A stretch of DNA of 63,371 nt, the filler included, from Octopus bimaculoides (Eukaryota), in assembly GCF_001194135.2 (NCBI RefSeq). It is 6 parts of 5 records of this genome, joined end to end, with 100 filler letters (N's around TTAATTAATTAA, not from the genome) between each part and the next. Parts side by side here need not be neighbours in the genome. Positions count along the whole stretch, not along the records: positions 59,982 to 63,371 come from NC_068984.1; 5 more parts are not named here. The stretch is one strand, 5' to 3'. A program made the translations under genes and the position numbers. The notes below the pieces were generated by a model. The model searched no databases. It was not told the origin of the DNA and saw only the letters and a program-made list of their open reading frames with translations. Position 1 is the first letter of the stretch. Each line of letters starts with the position of its first letter. Of this stretch, positions 62,261-63,371 are shown piece after piece.

Positions 62261-62917
62261 CTCACGATCTCTTGTGTCAAATTTTAGAGTTTGTGTGAAT
62301 TTAAAATCCATATGCTAAAAGTTTATTTCGTTGTGATAATTTTTTTACTTTAGGATCAGCTGCTATAGTTTTGAGTCATTCGTGTTTTCTTTCATTTTTG
62401 CTTGGAACTACTGTTTCTTAAAATGAAATTTAAAAAAACTGAGAACAGGAAAAAACGCTTATACAAACTCTTCCTTTCACTAAGCATGGGTTAATCTGCT
62501 TTGTTTTTAAAGATTATTTATATAATTAGTAACTTTTTAACTCCATTCATACTCACATAAGTATATGTCTGTACATACACACATATACATACGCATACAC
62601 ACACGCATGCACACGCACATGCACACACACATACACACATATACGCGCGCGCACGCNNNNNNNNNNNNNNNNNNNNNNNNNNNNNNNNNNNNNNNNNNNN
62701 NNNNNNNNNNNNNNNNNNNNNNNNNNNNNNNNNNNNNNNNNNNNNNNNNNNNNNNNNNNNNNNNNNNNNNNNNNNNNNNNNNNNNNNNNNNNNNNNNNNN
62801 NNNNNNNNNNNNNNNNNNNNNNNNNNNNNNNNNNNNNNNNNCGACACTTTCATTTTAATTCATACTAGGTTTTCATTAGCTAAAAATGAATAGTTTTATC
62901 TTACGTTAATTCTCTTC

Positions 62918-62960
<43 letters not shown>

Positions 62961-62974
62961 TTCCTTTCTTTCTT

Positions 62975-63010
<36 letters not shown>

Positions 63011-63333
63011 TCCATTTTTTTTCTCTTTTCCTCTCCATACATTTGATTGACACATAATTCAACACTTGATTTAACAAAATATTTTCTTATTTTTACCAGA
63101 AAAAGAAACCTTTTTAGCTTTTTACAATGATCAATCTTTCTTTTATTCTGTATTGACGAACTTCGTGTCTGAGTGTTTACACCTACACACATACATATAT
63201 ACATAAACATGCTTATACATACATACATACATACATACATATACACACATAAATACACATACATGTATATATATATATGCATGTATATTTATATATATGC
63301 ATATACATGTATATATATACATATACATGTACA

Positions 63334-63368
<35 letters not shown>

Positions 63369-63371
63369 TAT

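Noticed and set aside
673-63334. Numerous ORFs rich in X, YI, HT, CV, poly-D/M/H/Y/L
   Set aside because: They are translations of N runs and di-, tri- or tetranucleotide microsatellites, with no coding signal.
1-63371. CRISPR arrays, rRNA or prokaryotic operons
   Set aside because: No regularly spaced repeat-spacer structure, rRNA-like sequence or gene-dense region. The window is eukaryotic repeat-rich DNA.

Overview
AT-rich, gap-ridden eukaryotic scaffold dominated by microsatellites and tRNA-derived SINEs. The repeat content suggests an octopus (cephalopod) draft genome; this is an inference, not a database match. The one clearly identifiable gene is a minus-strand laccase-like multicopper oxidase. 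Its whole catalytic ectodomain lies in one ~2 kb exon (30564-28560), and it splices to a short exon missed by the ORF track (27435-27320) that encodes a transmembrane helix, giving a predicted 706-aa type I membrane protein. A second, unidentified minus-strand gene is indicated by two paralogous phase 1-1 cysteine-containing exons (10330-10211 and 3840-3724). About 5.8 kb upstream of the laccase, on the same strand, is a hammerhead ribozyme with an intact catalytic core (36458-36332). It overlaps a 51-bp inverted repeat and a GTAAGT splice-donor motif, and four decayed hammerhead-like motifs occur elsewhere in the window. The rest is transposon debris (several SINE families, often nested; L1/Tx1, RTE and Penelope-like retroelement fragments; mariner and maT DD37D relics; Helitrons; a hAT-type MITE), a tRNA-Leu(AAG) pseudogene and assembly artefacts. 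Nearly all listed ORFs other than the laccase and the transposon fragments are microsatellite or N-run artefacts.
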